Shown: positions 24,029 to 35,959 of the stretch, piece by piece | How positions within the stretch are numbered: the first letter of the stretch is position 1 | How the letters are laid out: every line of letters starts with the position of its first letter | Assembly (NCBI GenBank): GCA_030704615.1 | Contig: CM060732.1 | Span: forward strand, 57,288,001 to 57,352,000 | Source of the DNA: Takakia lepidozioides | Lineage: Eukaryota; Plantae; Bryophyta | Direction of reading: 5' to 3' | DNA length: 64,000 nt | Translations under genes and position numbers: made by a program | The notes under the pieces: model-generated | Seen by the model: the letters and a program-made list of their open reading frames with translations, nothing else | What the model was told of the DNA's origin: nothing | Database searches by the model: none

Positions 24029-25607
24029 CACTACAAGAGACCTCCTGTCATTAATGTGATTCTCCTTTTACCCAAATACACTACGAAGGCCGTGCATATT
24101 AGAGGAAAGTAGGGGAGATCTACCGTCGTCACATATAGTCCCAGATAAATGTCAATAGGGAATGCATCTCCATGTACATAGAAAACTGAAACCCTAAAAC
24201 TTGCATATACATAAAAGGCGGACAGCCTTCTGCCTGGGGGTCTAAAAAACAAATACTATTTTCAAATAAAATCCACACACAAACAAACGTTTGCATTATA
24301 TTGAGGCACGGGGGACCTCCCATCCTCAAGAGTGGCAATATATGAGAAAGATTGCATTGTAAAACTAATAAAATGACACACATGCACATGGCTGAAAGAT
24401 CGATCAAACGTTCCATTGAATAAGTCAACAAACCATTACACAAGTGAACGGTGTTCATTGTGGAAGTAAGAGAAAAGTGAAAGTGCTGAGAAGATCATTA
24501 AAAATGTCACTGCAGATATCAGGTCAAAGCGTTTCGTAAAATTCTATGCGCGTGGTAACCTAGGATAATTTCGAACAGACTGAGGAGTATTATCCGATCA
24601 GTAAGACACACTCGGCCCTAAGGGAATCTATGGCATTTCTGGCATCCATGGCATTTCTGCGGGGTACATCATAACCTTTTTTTTCTGCATCCACCGTCAT
24701 CCGCACGAAAGGCTCTCGTACCTCCACTTAAGCTCCAGTGCCTTTCCGGACTGACTTGCACCCTTGTTCCTCCTTGATTTCCGTTTCCGAGACTATGGCT
24801 TCACTGCAGGAAACAAAAACTAAATTCAGAAAATATCATCAAACATGAGGACCTCCCTTCGTGTCCTTAATATGTTAAACAAAAACAAAAGTCAAATACT
24901 TTCATTAACATGAGGAAGCCAGACTGTTCACAAAATATCGACGGAGTCAGAAAATGGAAATTAGAAAGATAGAGAATATACAAATAGAGAGTATCGGGAG
25001 ATTAGACGAGGGGAAACATACCCAAGTAAATCATCGGGTCAGTTATCCCTAGAGGATTTGCATATTTCCCTAGCCAATTCCAATCACAGTAAATACTATC
25101 AATAGGTTTCTGGACATTAGGACACTTGGAATAGTTCTCCTCCATGTACTCTTCCACAATCGGCGAGGAAAACATGCCAGAGCGGAATGGCCACATGGCA
25201 TCAACAAGATCCTCGGCAAAGGTGCTTTGACCATTCATGATAGGCATGAGGGTGCCATCAAAAGACTTTGGGAAAAAATCAGTGTTCACTGGGTTCCTTA
25301 GAGCCTTTGAAGCCCCATAGTCAATCAGGAGGGTCTCGCCTTTCTTACCATAGTGCTCAGAGGTCTTTCCACAATACTTCGAGAGAGCAACGATGTCTTT
25401 AAGCACGAAAGGCATTAGAGGAGAGATGTAGCCTGGTGTTTGAGTGCAAGTATCTCCACACCAGATAAACGCCAATCTCTTGACAATCTCCTTGAGTCCC
25501 TCCCCTTGAACGCCACAACTGCCCAACTTTAGTATTGACGCGCTCGATCCTTCAAAGCTCTTCCACCATGACCCATGTCGTTTGCAGGATATGATTTGTG
25601 GTGCCAC
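24029..25607. mobile_element. Possible CACTA left terminus followed by an uncharacterised 201-aa minus-strand ORF (25002-25607)
   Basis: cactacaagaga at 24029 resembles the CACTA TIR consensus. Right end not found. ORF has no recognisable domain. Confidence 0.3.
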
Positions 25608-26498
25608 ACTACAAAACCTATTTACCTTAGATGTGCCACTTCAACTAATTTATGTTACTCTAATGAAAACCTTAAAACCTTATCTAGCCTATCAACGTCT
25701 ATACCATAAGAGAAGGTTGGCTGGGATGTTCTTCCTCCTTGTGTACAACGGGTTTGGGCATGTTGCAATGCTTGAAATCTGACTTCCTAGAAAGGACTAG
25801 GTCCGGAGGAACTCTCAAATCCTCACTTTCGTTTGCATGAAATACCACCAAAGATACACAGAAGAACACAAAGAACACTAACCCTTACCACTATACGGTG
25901 ACAGACTTCACACAAAAATGCATTAGCGGTTGGCCTTGCAGAGCCCCCGAGCACTGATCAAAGCAGTAGATAGAACCATAGGTCAGGGTCAGGCACGGAA
26001 AATGTAGCAGCCAGTTGGTAGAGACATATAAGAACTGTTGGGCAATGGTAGGCCAGCAAAATCCTTAATGAATAAGGCACAAGTGGCCAAAGGTGAATCT
26101 CATGCACTACATCTTGTTACTCATGGTGTTGCTGGAATTCCTTATTTTGAAGACCCTCTGTCCCTTTTCATCTACTGTATACTAGAGTAAAGAATAGTAA
26201 CTCTGTGAGCTGCTGGGGTCTGAAGCCCAAACCCATAGGTATGGGCGCCACACGGCGTTACGGTACTGTGCCAAAGTTTGTGGACATTATGTCTCCTTGC
26301 TTCCCAAGTATTTGCTATCACCTTTGCAGGTTGGAGGTTTTCAAAACTGAGAAACCTGGGTTCCTATGGCACAATCAATTGAACACGTTTGCTGGAAATG
26401 GGGAGCGGGGTGGAGGTGACACCTCTGTCCTTGGTATGGTTTGCAAGTTCAAACATCTTTGGGAAAAGTTACAAGTATACATCCCACTTGCAAATCCT

Positions 26499-29400
26499 TC
26501 ACTTTCTCGGTGCTGTGGGGCTTTCTATGGTCTGCTTGTTCCCTCTATCTACAGGGCCATCTGGCAGACTTTCAATCGCCGCAGAATGGGGTGGCTCCCA
26601 GGAAGATGGGTTGACTTCAATTGAGTCCTTTCCTAAGTCAGATTCCTGCTCCTGGACGTGGGGGAATGGTGTGGGCAGGGGAAGCAACTCAGCCTTGTGC
26701 GCCTGCAGACCTGTCAGTCTAGCTAGATCCACCCATTGCTGCATTCATCCAAGCTCCATCAGGTTTTTCTTGAAAACTGTCTTAAACTTCTGACTGAGAG
26801 ATGTCTGGTTTAGCAAAACAACCTTTCAATGGAACCTGTGTGTCTTGTCACACACCGAGGAAAGAAAACTCAGATAAGAGTTGCAAGGGACAAAAGGTGT
26901 CATGGAAAGTGAATCAGCAAATGCAAGATAAAGATTGCAAAGCTGCATACCTGAGTGCCCCAATAAGAGTTAGCAATACGGGTGGTGAAAGAGAGCACAT
27001 TGCCCGCTAAAGGTTGTGAAGCCAGGAAATAGTCTGCTACCCAATGCTCCACTATTCCGGCTATTACCTGCATTCATCCATGCACTTTAATCAGCATAGA
27101 GCCATGCACTTAAAGAGACATTTTTTGTAGATTTCTCGTCAAGTCGTCCTTCAATGAGTACAATTAGGTGCATACTGACTACCATTCCCAAAGGTCTAAA
27201 ACTAGTTCTAAGACTTTAGAGACAAGCTTCTGGAGTTGAATAGAGACAAAATCCTTCTGTGGTCTCACCTGATAACGCAAATTGGCAGACGTTCCTAGAA
27301 AGGACCCATAAATGAAAGCACTCTTCATAATTGGGGACCGTTTGTTGCTGGACTTTTGAGCCACCTCAGGGTTGAGTTGTTGCTTCAATGCCAGAACGAA
27401 GTTGGACACAGTGAGAGTGCCAATGCTCGAGATAAAACCTACACCAAAAAGCTTCATACCTCCCGCAACTATGGCTGCCCCTCTGGCAGTCAAGTCCCAG
27501 TTCTCTCCCACCCGTGCCCTTTGAAAGGCGTTGTCCGGCAGAGATCCCAGGAATCCTGTCAAGCCTTCGAAGCCACCTGGTCCACCAACCTGACAAGATA
27601 ATAGTATCAACGGTAAGTTAGCTGCTGTGTTTGATATCAAGCAAATTTACATAGAGCACTTGTAAAAAATGGAGTACTCTAAAGCAGCAAATTTTTAACA
27701 CATACGAAATCAAATGGGCTTTTCTTCAAGAAACTGCACATAATAGGTACGGTCAACCATTCTTCAGGAGATAAGATCTAGGCCTTGATTAATAATAAGG
27801 ACATGTTGATACCTGCGAGTCGGAGCGGAAGGACAGTGTGGGTGCTGGTAGCCAGACTGTGAAAAAGTCTACGACGGCCCCCCGCACTGAATCTGTTATC
27901 ACATAGTCGAGCTCTGACCAGAAGCGCTCCTTACGTCGCTCATACTGGGCCATTAGAGTCGTAGTTATGGAAATGCTTTCCTCAATAGCTAGTCGTTGTA
28001 GGAATCGGGGATCCGCAAGCCATCTCTCCCGCAACCCCTGTGAGGGAGGTTCAAAGTTGTGACAATTTGGGAAGATGCAAAAGCAAAGGGAAAGGTCAAC
28101 ATCACTACAGAGAAGAGCGAGGTTTAGTCAGGAAATAGAGGGTGAAGTGTGGACAGAGGCGAGCAGAGGCAGCCAATAAATGTAAGGAAGGCTGCCCCAG
28201 TAACGGAACTTGCCCACTAAAAGGAAGCTGACTTTGGTCTTCCAGATTCTGTCAAAAGTACTTCGCCAAGTTTGATATGCATACTCACCAGACCCAAGGA
28301 TGGAGAGATACATCTTGCACTCAAAATACTTTCTAGCCTTTTTGGCCCTGGAACCCACCTGAATTGGATGGAGTAGGAAACTAAAAGCAACTTGCTCCGT
28401 CACACCACCTATATCTAACTTGAAAAACTGACAACTGGAAGAATGATGGCATGAGGATGTAGTACCTGAAAGCGCCGGGTCAACTCTGCAATAAAAGGTT
28501 GCTTGTCGAGCTCAAAAAAGCTCTGCAGTACCTCTGGATCCACTAGACCTCTCTCAAGGCCTACCTGCATGTCCTGCTCTCCGACCACAAAATGCACTGC
28601 ATTTCTCTTCAGAGCCAGGAAGCTAGTTCACATGGTTACAAATTTGAGCAGGCCGCCAGAGAAAAAGAAGACGAAGAAGAAGAAGAGACTTGTTTAAACT
28701 TTACATTGCATTAGCATGTCCAGTACTAAAGCCTGAAAGAATTAAGCCAGAGGAGGTAGGGTGGGTAGATTGCCTCGGAAATAAAGAGCTAAACTAGTTT
28801 TCAAAGGAAATTACATCTATGGATATCTCTCGCAAACCCAATTGTGGTAGCAAGAATGATGGATTGTCTTAGAAACATTTAAAGAACTGGGAAGATGGGG
28901 AGATTTATTGCATCAGGGGAAAGGGGTGGGGGGGATTTTGCAGAGGACCACGGGGAGAAAGATAGCTGGGAACTTATATGGGTTTGCTCAAGTTCACTCA
29001 TTAGCAGGGGCAAAGACAGTCCTGATCTACCAACCTGAGGCAGACCATCACGCCGTCTCCCCGCAGCACCCATGACTCGGGCAACCTCTGCACGATCAAA
29101 GCAATTTCGAACACATGCCTTGGCTGCTGAATACCACATGAAGTCTGCCTGCACGGCCAAGTCATGGGATTGAACTCTCTTACTATGTAGGGAGAGCAGT
29201 CCAGATTATGATGCGTGTAGCTTATGTTTAAGAGTGTCCAACACGAGCTTCACATAATGTAGATTGGCAGACTATGCAGAATATTTGTTATTATGCTTGG
29301 TCACAGTTGCAACACAAGATCAAATTAGAGATTCCTGATACCATAAGGAGGAGAAGGATGAGTGAGGCTTAAAAGACTAACCATATTACCTCTGGCACAT

Positions 29401-32352
29401 CACCCTCTTTCCTCATATGCTGCCGCTCTGGGTTAAGCAAAACCACAGCCTGGGTTTTCTTTTGCAACTTCTTCGCAATCCTGGCAGGCAGTCCTGTGCC
29501 TCGTGACCCAAATCGCACATGAGAAGCCCCTGTGATCACAACCAGCAACCCAACTGACCCTCCGTCTGCCATACCTTGAGTGACTACCTGAGCAGAAGAC
29601 CGGGCAACACGTTGAGCCATTTGCCCCATCCAGTATGCTACAATTTAAGTTCACACTTTTCCCACAGCCAGGTTTAGGCAGGGAGTTTCAACCTTCCCTC
29701 ACTAAGGGACTGCATTTGAAACCGGGAGAAGATAAAAATATGCACAAATCTGAGACTCTAAACGAGTCTAAGTACTTCATCTCTCTACTCTAAAGGCTAC
29801 GGCAAACATCTCATTAGTACAATCTCTACACTCAAAAGATTCTCTTCCTAATACTGAACACTTCAGCCATAAAGTGAATTATCTAAGATGCCCAAATTCT
29901 ATGCCATAGAATTTGAGGTCGATAATGCTGACAAAGAGGAGATGTTGGGATTTGGGTGAAACCTGTGCCATGGTATGATCTGCCACAATGCGTGCCTGGG
30001 CAAACTGATAGGGCCCAGGTCCATAGGGAGCTGATGCGTTAGGCAGAAGCTCAGCCAGTGCTACTTGCTCCGTGAGTGGGATGGAAGTGGCCCCATAGCC
30101 TCCACCAATTGGTGGGACGTACTTCTGCTTCTCAACATTCGTCAAACCTTGCACTCCTTTGGCTTGAACTTTGCGCAGCACCTGCACTTAGTACAACTGT
30201 AAAAAGAAAGGCTAACAAATAGTTTTTGGCAATTACTGGGATTTGACTGGAACACTATTACATGAATTTGAACACTGAAACACCTAATCAGAGTAGCCAA
30301 GCAAAATGCTCGAGTCGTCTCATCCTTCTGTTGGACAAGACCATCGGTACTGGAGGAAATAAGGGAGAGATACACAAACACACCTCGAGAGGAGTGCCAC
30401 AGGCCATGAGCCGAACCCCACCTGTACAGCAATAACGCAAGAGAGGCAAGTATTCTTGCCAGCGCCCTTCCGGCCAAAATGTCACAAAATCTTTCAGTTC
30501 ATCTTCACTCAACCTGCCACTCAGAAAGCAGCAAAAGGGAATCTTCAGTAGGTATCTCCACATTCTTTGCAAGGGCTGAGCATTTCACTTTGGTCCTCCC
30601 CAGCCTAGACCGATGTTTAAAAGTGAGATCTTGAGCCCAAACTGAAACAGACGGATTCTAGTTCACTAGACTCTGCCAAAGATCCAGACCACATGTTAAA
30701 TTTGATATTCAGTAGCTGAAGCTTTTGTAGATGTGCAGCTATATGTAAGCTTCTGCTCATTGTATGGTTCTCACATGCACTTCAAAAGCTTTGTTGAACT
30801 GAAGAGAAAAGGCAATGTTTTGAGGAGGCCACTGAAGTCATGTGGCTATACCTCTTACTCATGAACTTATCCAACTGTGGTTGGAGAGGGACTGGAAATG
30901 CATCCAAGGCTAGCGATACCGGCCGTTTCTGCTCAAAGCATTTGTCCCGTAGCGTGCGCAGGACCTCCAACTCTAGCAACTGCCATTCCCTTCCCATATC
31001 CAGGCCCTGTTTTAGCAAGCAAGTCGATCTACTGCTAGTGACACCTCTACCAGGGATTTGAACAGCTACATACACATCAACCTTTCACCCCCTTGCAATC
31101 CTTCCCCACCTCTCACAGATATAGGGAGCTAAAACCCCAACCAGTTCCTACCACAATTTTTATCCTTGAGAAGCCCAGCTAACTTGGAACCATTTCCAAG
31201 TGTTGAATTGGAGACCCAGCACACATTATTGAGAATAGATACCTTATCATCAGGGTCTGGAACCCGCTCCGCTTCCCCAAGATAAACAACCCGAGCAGCA
31301 AGCAACTTCTGCCACACACGCCCCTTTTCCCTTCCCACAGCAGCTGGCTCCCCCAGCACCGACGCATCATAAATCCTCGATCCCTTCCCCTGCTCCTCAC
31401 TTGCAGATGAGGCATTCGATCCCATCTCTCCCAAAAACCACCGCGGTTCTGTACCTACTTTCACTTCAGCCTGGGCCATGTCTGACGTACCCCAAGAGGA
31501 CAGAGCAATGGAGGAAAAAGTTGCTCCCAACAGCATTCTCCTTCCTAGCTGAAAACTGACTTGTTTTGATTGTTCTCTGCCTGATAAATTCTCTACCCCT
31601 GTATCCTGTCGACTCGGTACATCTCCTCTGAAACACTTGAAATCGAATTTTGAGGCACCTAATTGAGAACATTGACCCACCTTCCCATTTGAATTTGATT
31701 CCCCTTGCATCCCTTGGTCATCAATTCTCCCTGTAATTTCATCTAGTCTCGCTCCCCTGTCATCTGCTGATGCTATTACCCCTGAGGCAATAAATAAACC
31801 CGGAGGGTCAACACCACCACAGTGTTGTTGTTTTCGCTCCAAATGCTCTCCTCTGGCCTCTATAATATGGCTAGCATCCTCTACACCTTCCTCATCATTA
31901 CCGCCGGAGATTCTTACAAAAAAAATTAATTTAGACGTCGACGAAATTATTAAGCTCCTTCCAGCCAACAGTGTCCTCTGTGTCCGTCGCCTAATCATCT
32001 GACGCGAAAGGGGAATTCCCCTAACATCCCTCCGCTTTCCAAAACACGACTTCACCATACCTTCAAGCACTTGCTTATCCCCCACCACATAGTTTTTCAC
32101 CCTTCTTAATCTCAAATTTTGGAGATTACGTCGTCTTAAAATGAGTCTTCTAGTCACAATCCTCGGAACAGAAGGAACCTCAAGGCATAATCGAGCACGG
32201 AGAGAAACGGATAGCGACTGTTGTTGCTGGCGCCATCGATTCGGCCTGTGTGCCAAACTGGCACATAGATTCATTTGCAAGGGCCACGACATCGCAGCAT
32301 GTGATTGTACCATCGTTTCCAGCATTTCGGCCTCAAAACGCAAAGCTCGCAT
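26499..32352 (-). CDS. RER5/RER6-like: RETICULATA-RELATED 5/6-like chloroplast protein (DUF399/Tiki-like + DUF3411), 11 exons, ~969 aa
   Basis: GT-AG exons that splice in frame: 32352-31243, 30979-30852, 30513-30384, 30181-29963, 29587-29390, 29148-29035, 28573-28466, 28037-27813, 27589-27269, 27067-26951, 26738-26499. Motifs [79 protein letters not shown]. Confidence 0.93.
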
Positions 32353-32782
32353 CTACCTCAACACCCGCATCTGCAAATCATTCCTTCGCCCTAAGTTCCT
32401 CCAATCTACCTCTCCCACCGATCCCTCCTCCACCACCTCCTTACCCCTCTCTCTCTCTGAATTTACAGAGCAGTAGGCTCTGTAAATTCACTGGACGTTA
32501 AAGAAACTTTATCTTTATCTTTATCTCTACATGCCGAGGGTAAAATTGGTCGGAAGTCAAATATGCGTTTTGATGGTCTGATTTAGACTACACAATTAAT
32601 TGCAGAGATAGAGCGTAAGTGGACGAACGGAGGACAGGTTGTTATATAGCGGCGCGTGGCAGAAAGCTGGGCAAACATTATGGGATAATTAATGCGATCG
32701 AGACAGAGGGCGAAATAACGGCCACAACCTTGCTCTCGGCCCCATCCTTATCGCACTATCCATTTTGTCAGAAGGTTTCATC

Positions 32783-33694
32783 CAGTGTTGTGCGGGTTCT
32801 GCCTTTTTAAGGAACCCGCCGGGCCGGGTGCGGGTTTTTTTTCGGAACCAAGTCCGGGTCCGGATCCGGGTTTTTGAAATTTGGAAAATCCGGGTCCGGG
32901 TTCGGGTCAGGGTTTGTCAACACGGACTCGGGTTAGGGTCCGGGTAGCTGTTGGGAAATATTAGCGAGTTCACGGGTTCGATCCGGGTCCTAATTTATTG
33001 ATTAAATAAATTAGAAAAATAAGATTAATTAGGGATAAAATTATTATTGGCTTGAAAAAACTTTAAATCCTAATAATGAATTTTGTCTTAAGAGACATTC
33101 CTTCAAAATATACCATGAATATGAATATGTATACCACGAATAATAATTAAAATAGAAGTTTGAGTTCAACATGTTAAGAATAGTAATATGCCCCAAGGGT
33201 AGATCACTATAGCATGGATGTGTGGATCTGGCCTAATAATAATATATGACGCCTCCTTTGGGAGGTGTAAATTATGGTCCCATAGGGCACAACTTTGTGA
33301 CACCACTCCGTGGATTGAACCCACAACCGCTTTTGAGGTGGTATGTGGGCTTTACCACTGGGCTACAACGTGGTGGGGCTGGCTGCTGCAGTGGCCTATC
33401 GCTGCTCGTCCCCTCCGCACATATGACAAAACCTACCAGATCTAAGGTGGACCCCGCATGCCCCATCTAAAATTAAGACCCGGACCCTGACCCGCTACAT
33501 TGGCCCTCGGGTAGCGGGTTTAACGGTTCTGGACCCAGCAGCGGGTCCGGTTCCGGGTCCGGTTCCGGGTTCATTTTAGAAATGAACCCGGGTCAGGGTC
33601 CGGGTTTTTTGTGATAGCACGGGTCCGGGTACGGGTAACCCGGATCCTAACCCGCCGGGTACCCGCCTTCAAAACCCGGACCCGCACAACACTG
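32783..33694. mobile_element. Non-autonomous hAT element (MITE), 912 bp
   Basis: TIRs cagtgttgtgcgggt / acccgcacaacactg. Perfect 8-bp TSD gtttcatc at 32775-32782 and 33695-33702. Dense cgggt/acccg subterminal repeats. Confidence 0.95.
33233..33372 (-). mobile_element. tRNA-like SINE (second family) nested in the hAT MITE
   Basis: Minus strand gttgTAGCCCAGTGGtaaag (A box), gtgGGTTCAATCCac (B box with T-stem), and a short (tat)n tail. Anticodon arm is not canonical. Confidence 0.55.
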
Positions 33695-35533
33695 GTTTCA
33701 TCCTATTTTTAGATGTTTAATCGACTCTTAAAAAACTGGTCCGTGAAACTTGAAACCTGACTGAATGAATGAAAAATGTCGAGTATATAGACGGACGTTC
33801 ATCCGTGATTTGTGTTTGAATACAGCGGGAAGTCGCCCCATTAGTGCTGGGCCAAGGCAACCTACGTGGCGTGGCTGATCTGTAGCTGACTCAGCAGCAG
33901 ACATTTGACGTCATCAAGGCGCCACGTCAATGGAACATAGGGAACATGGTACTGTGTTGGAGAACGGGAGGGGATCAAGCGTGGATCAAAGAAAAGAAGA
34001 AGGGCCAGAGAGTTTCTTTGCATTTATAATCCGTTCTGTGTATGTTGCGGAGTATTTGTGTGTATGAGGGTTCTGTTGAAATCAAATGCTGGAAACTGGG
34101 CAGAGTGGACAAGTGCTGTGCTCTTGAGAGTGTTTCCTGTCACTTCTCTCCCTGCCGATCTTGACTCCGTATAGAATCGTCTCTACCCTTCTTGTGTACA
34201 TAATTATGGACGCTATAGATAGTGGCTGATTTTACTGGGTTTAGATGAGGTCGTTAGTATTTGGGTTCAGCCCCCATAGAATGGACGGACTTCATTGCAT
34301 GTTTTGGTGGAGTCAAGTATGTGCACAAAGAGTAGCGGTTCAGCTGGGACTTGGCCGATGGAGAGAGCGCTCCTGTGTTTTGTGGCTCTGCCTCACAAGT
34401 GGCCGGGTCTAAATGCATGATCCTAAACTACAGTGTGGTGGTCAGGGTCCCGCAGTCGACCTTGTGTCCAAAAGGGCTAGCTAATCATGCTGATCATCGT
34501 GGCCGGGACGATATTGAGAGTGGATCACTCCAGTTATGCCGCTGACAATTGTATTTCTTGTGTTGTAGCTTTGGAATCACATTGAATGTTCAAGTGTTGC
34601 ATGAAGGCCATCATGGCCCTCGCCTAAGTTATCAAGTACGTGTACCTTAGTATTTCCAACTTGGCGAACCCTCGGCAGGCCCCAGTTCATGCAGAGGATT
34701 TTGATATATGACAACATTTGCTTCATAACAAGGTTTAGCACAGCCATCTAGATCAATCCGATCATTAAATATATATATCCATTAAATGAGCATTAAACAG
34801 AGGTGTTGGTCACTCAAGAGTGTACTGTATAAACGATGTTCTCCAACCCTCTACCTACATCCAAGTTAGTACCCTGAATCCTTGGACCCGCCTAAATCCG
34901 TGTGCATACAACCTCCAATCCCGACATTTCAAATGCAGACAGTTTCTCTGGTTTTATTGTGCATAGCCTTGGATCCATTCAGCTGTGGATTAAATTCTTG
35001 ACTCTCTTGAGACTCTCGAGAATCTCCTAGATCTCAGTTCACTCAATTTCTCTCGCAAATCTGAGCTCTTTCTTTCTCACGGTGAGGGTCTAGTTTTCAC
35101 GATTCACACCTCTCTACTTCAGAGTAGTTACTATTGTAGTTAGAAGTCTGCCTGTTTGTCCCATACTTCCATCTATACTAATATCCATACTTGTTTTTCA
35201 CTCATTTGAGACCTTGGCAACTAGCTCGACTACTGTATCTAGAGAAGTCATTACAGGCCTCTCCGTCTCCCTCTCTTCGATAACTGACAACTCGCTCCTC
35301 TGAACTACTGAGTTTATAAGATACCTCTTTCTCTATCATATGAGCAAGCTACTCAACCACCAGGCGTGCTTCGACTTCCTCCAAGTTGCGACCGAAAATA
35401 CCTCTAGTCTGATATCGATTCCAAGCCAACAAGTTGAACTAAGAAACGAGTGGATCCAGAGCGCAACCTTATTTGGTGATGTCTCACTGCAGATTCTTCT
35501 GCGCAAGTTTCTTGAAGCAGTAACCAAGTAAAG

Positions 35534-35959
35534 ATGTCGCGCCTCGCACTAGTCCCATCCATCACTCGAGTACTGCTCATACTAGTTCTAGAAGCCTTTT
35601 TTGGTACACTCCATGGAGTGATGATCACTATCCAGAATGACACAGGGCATAACATGAAGGTTAGCTGTGATGATCTAGCCGAGACAGTTACACTGCAAAA
35701 TAAGGCGGCTGTGTTCCTACTAGATCCACCAAAGAGTCCACAGAACTGCTATGTTGCTTGGAAGGGTCGTGCCTTGTACTTCGTCGCAGACAACGCCCTT
35801 GCTGCGGATGAGGCCAACTGGGACTTCATAGGACCAGACACCTATCTGAATAATCAAAAGCTCACCGATGAGCAAGCTAACACCTGGAATGCCACAGTGA
35901 TAAGCACAACACCAGATTATTCAGAAACAGTGAATGCTACGAGTCCTACACCGTACTGA
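35534..35959 (+). CDS. Secreted S-protein homologue (plant self-incompatibility S1 / SPH)-like protein, 141 aa
   Basis: Signal-peptide-like N-terminus (VLLILVLEAFFGTLHG). ITIQNDTG.NMKVSCDD...NCYVAW...F...NWDF...W follows the SPH strand pattern. Intronless, with a S/T/P-rich tail and NxT sequons. Confidence 0.6.
   Translation: MSRLALVPSITRVLLILVLEAFFGTLHGVMITIQNDTGHNMKVSCDDLAETVTLQNKAAVFLLDPPKSPQNCYVAWKGRALYFVADNALAADEANWDFIGPDTYLNNQKLTDEQANTWNATVISTTPDYSETVNATSPTPY

Noticed and set aside
33955-34680. Possible LTR (tgttgga...tccaac) followed by PBS-like tggcgaaccc
   Set aside because: Terminal CA is imperfect, there is no second copy, TSD or internal domain, and I could not match the PBS to a tRNA.
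35340-35531. 63-aa ORF ending 2 bp before the SPH-like ATG (uORF or bicistron)
   Set aside because: No recognisable motif, and its length is within chance expectation.
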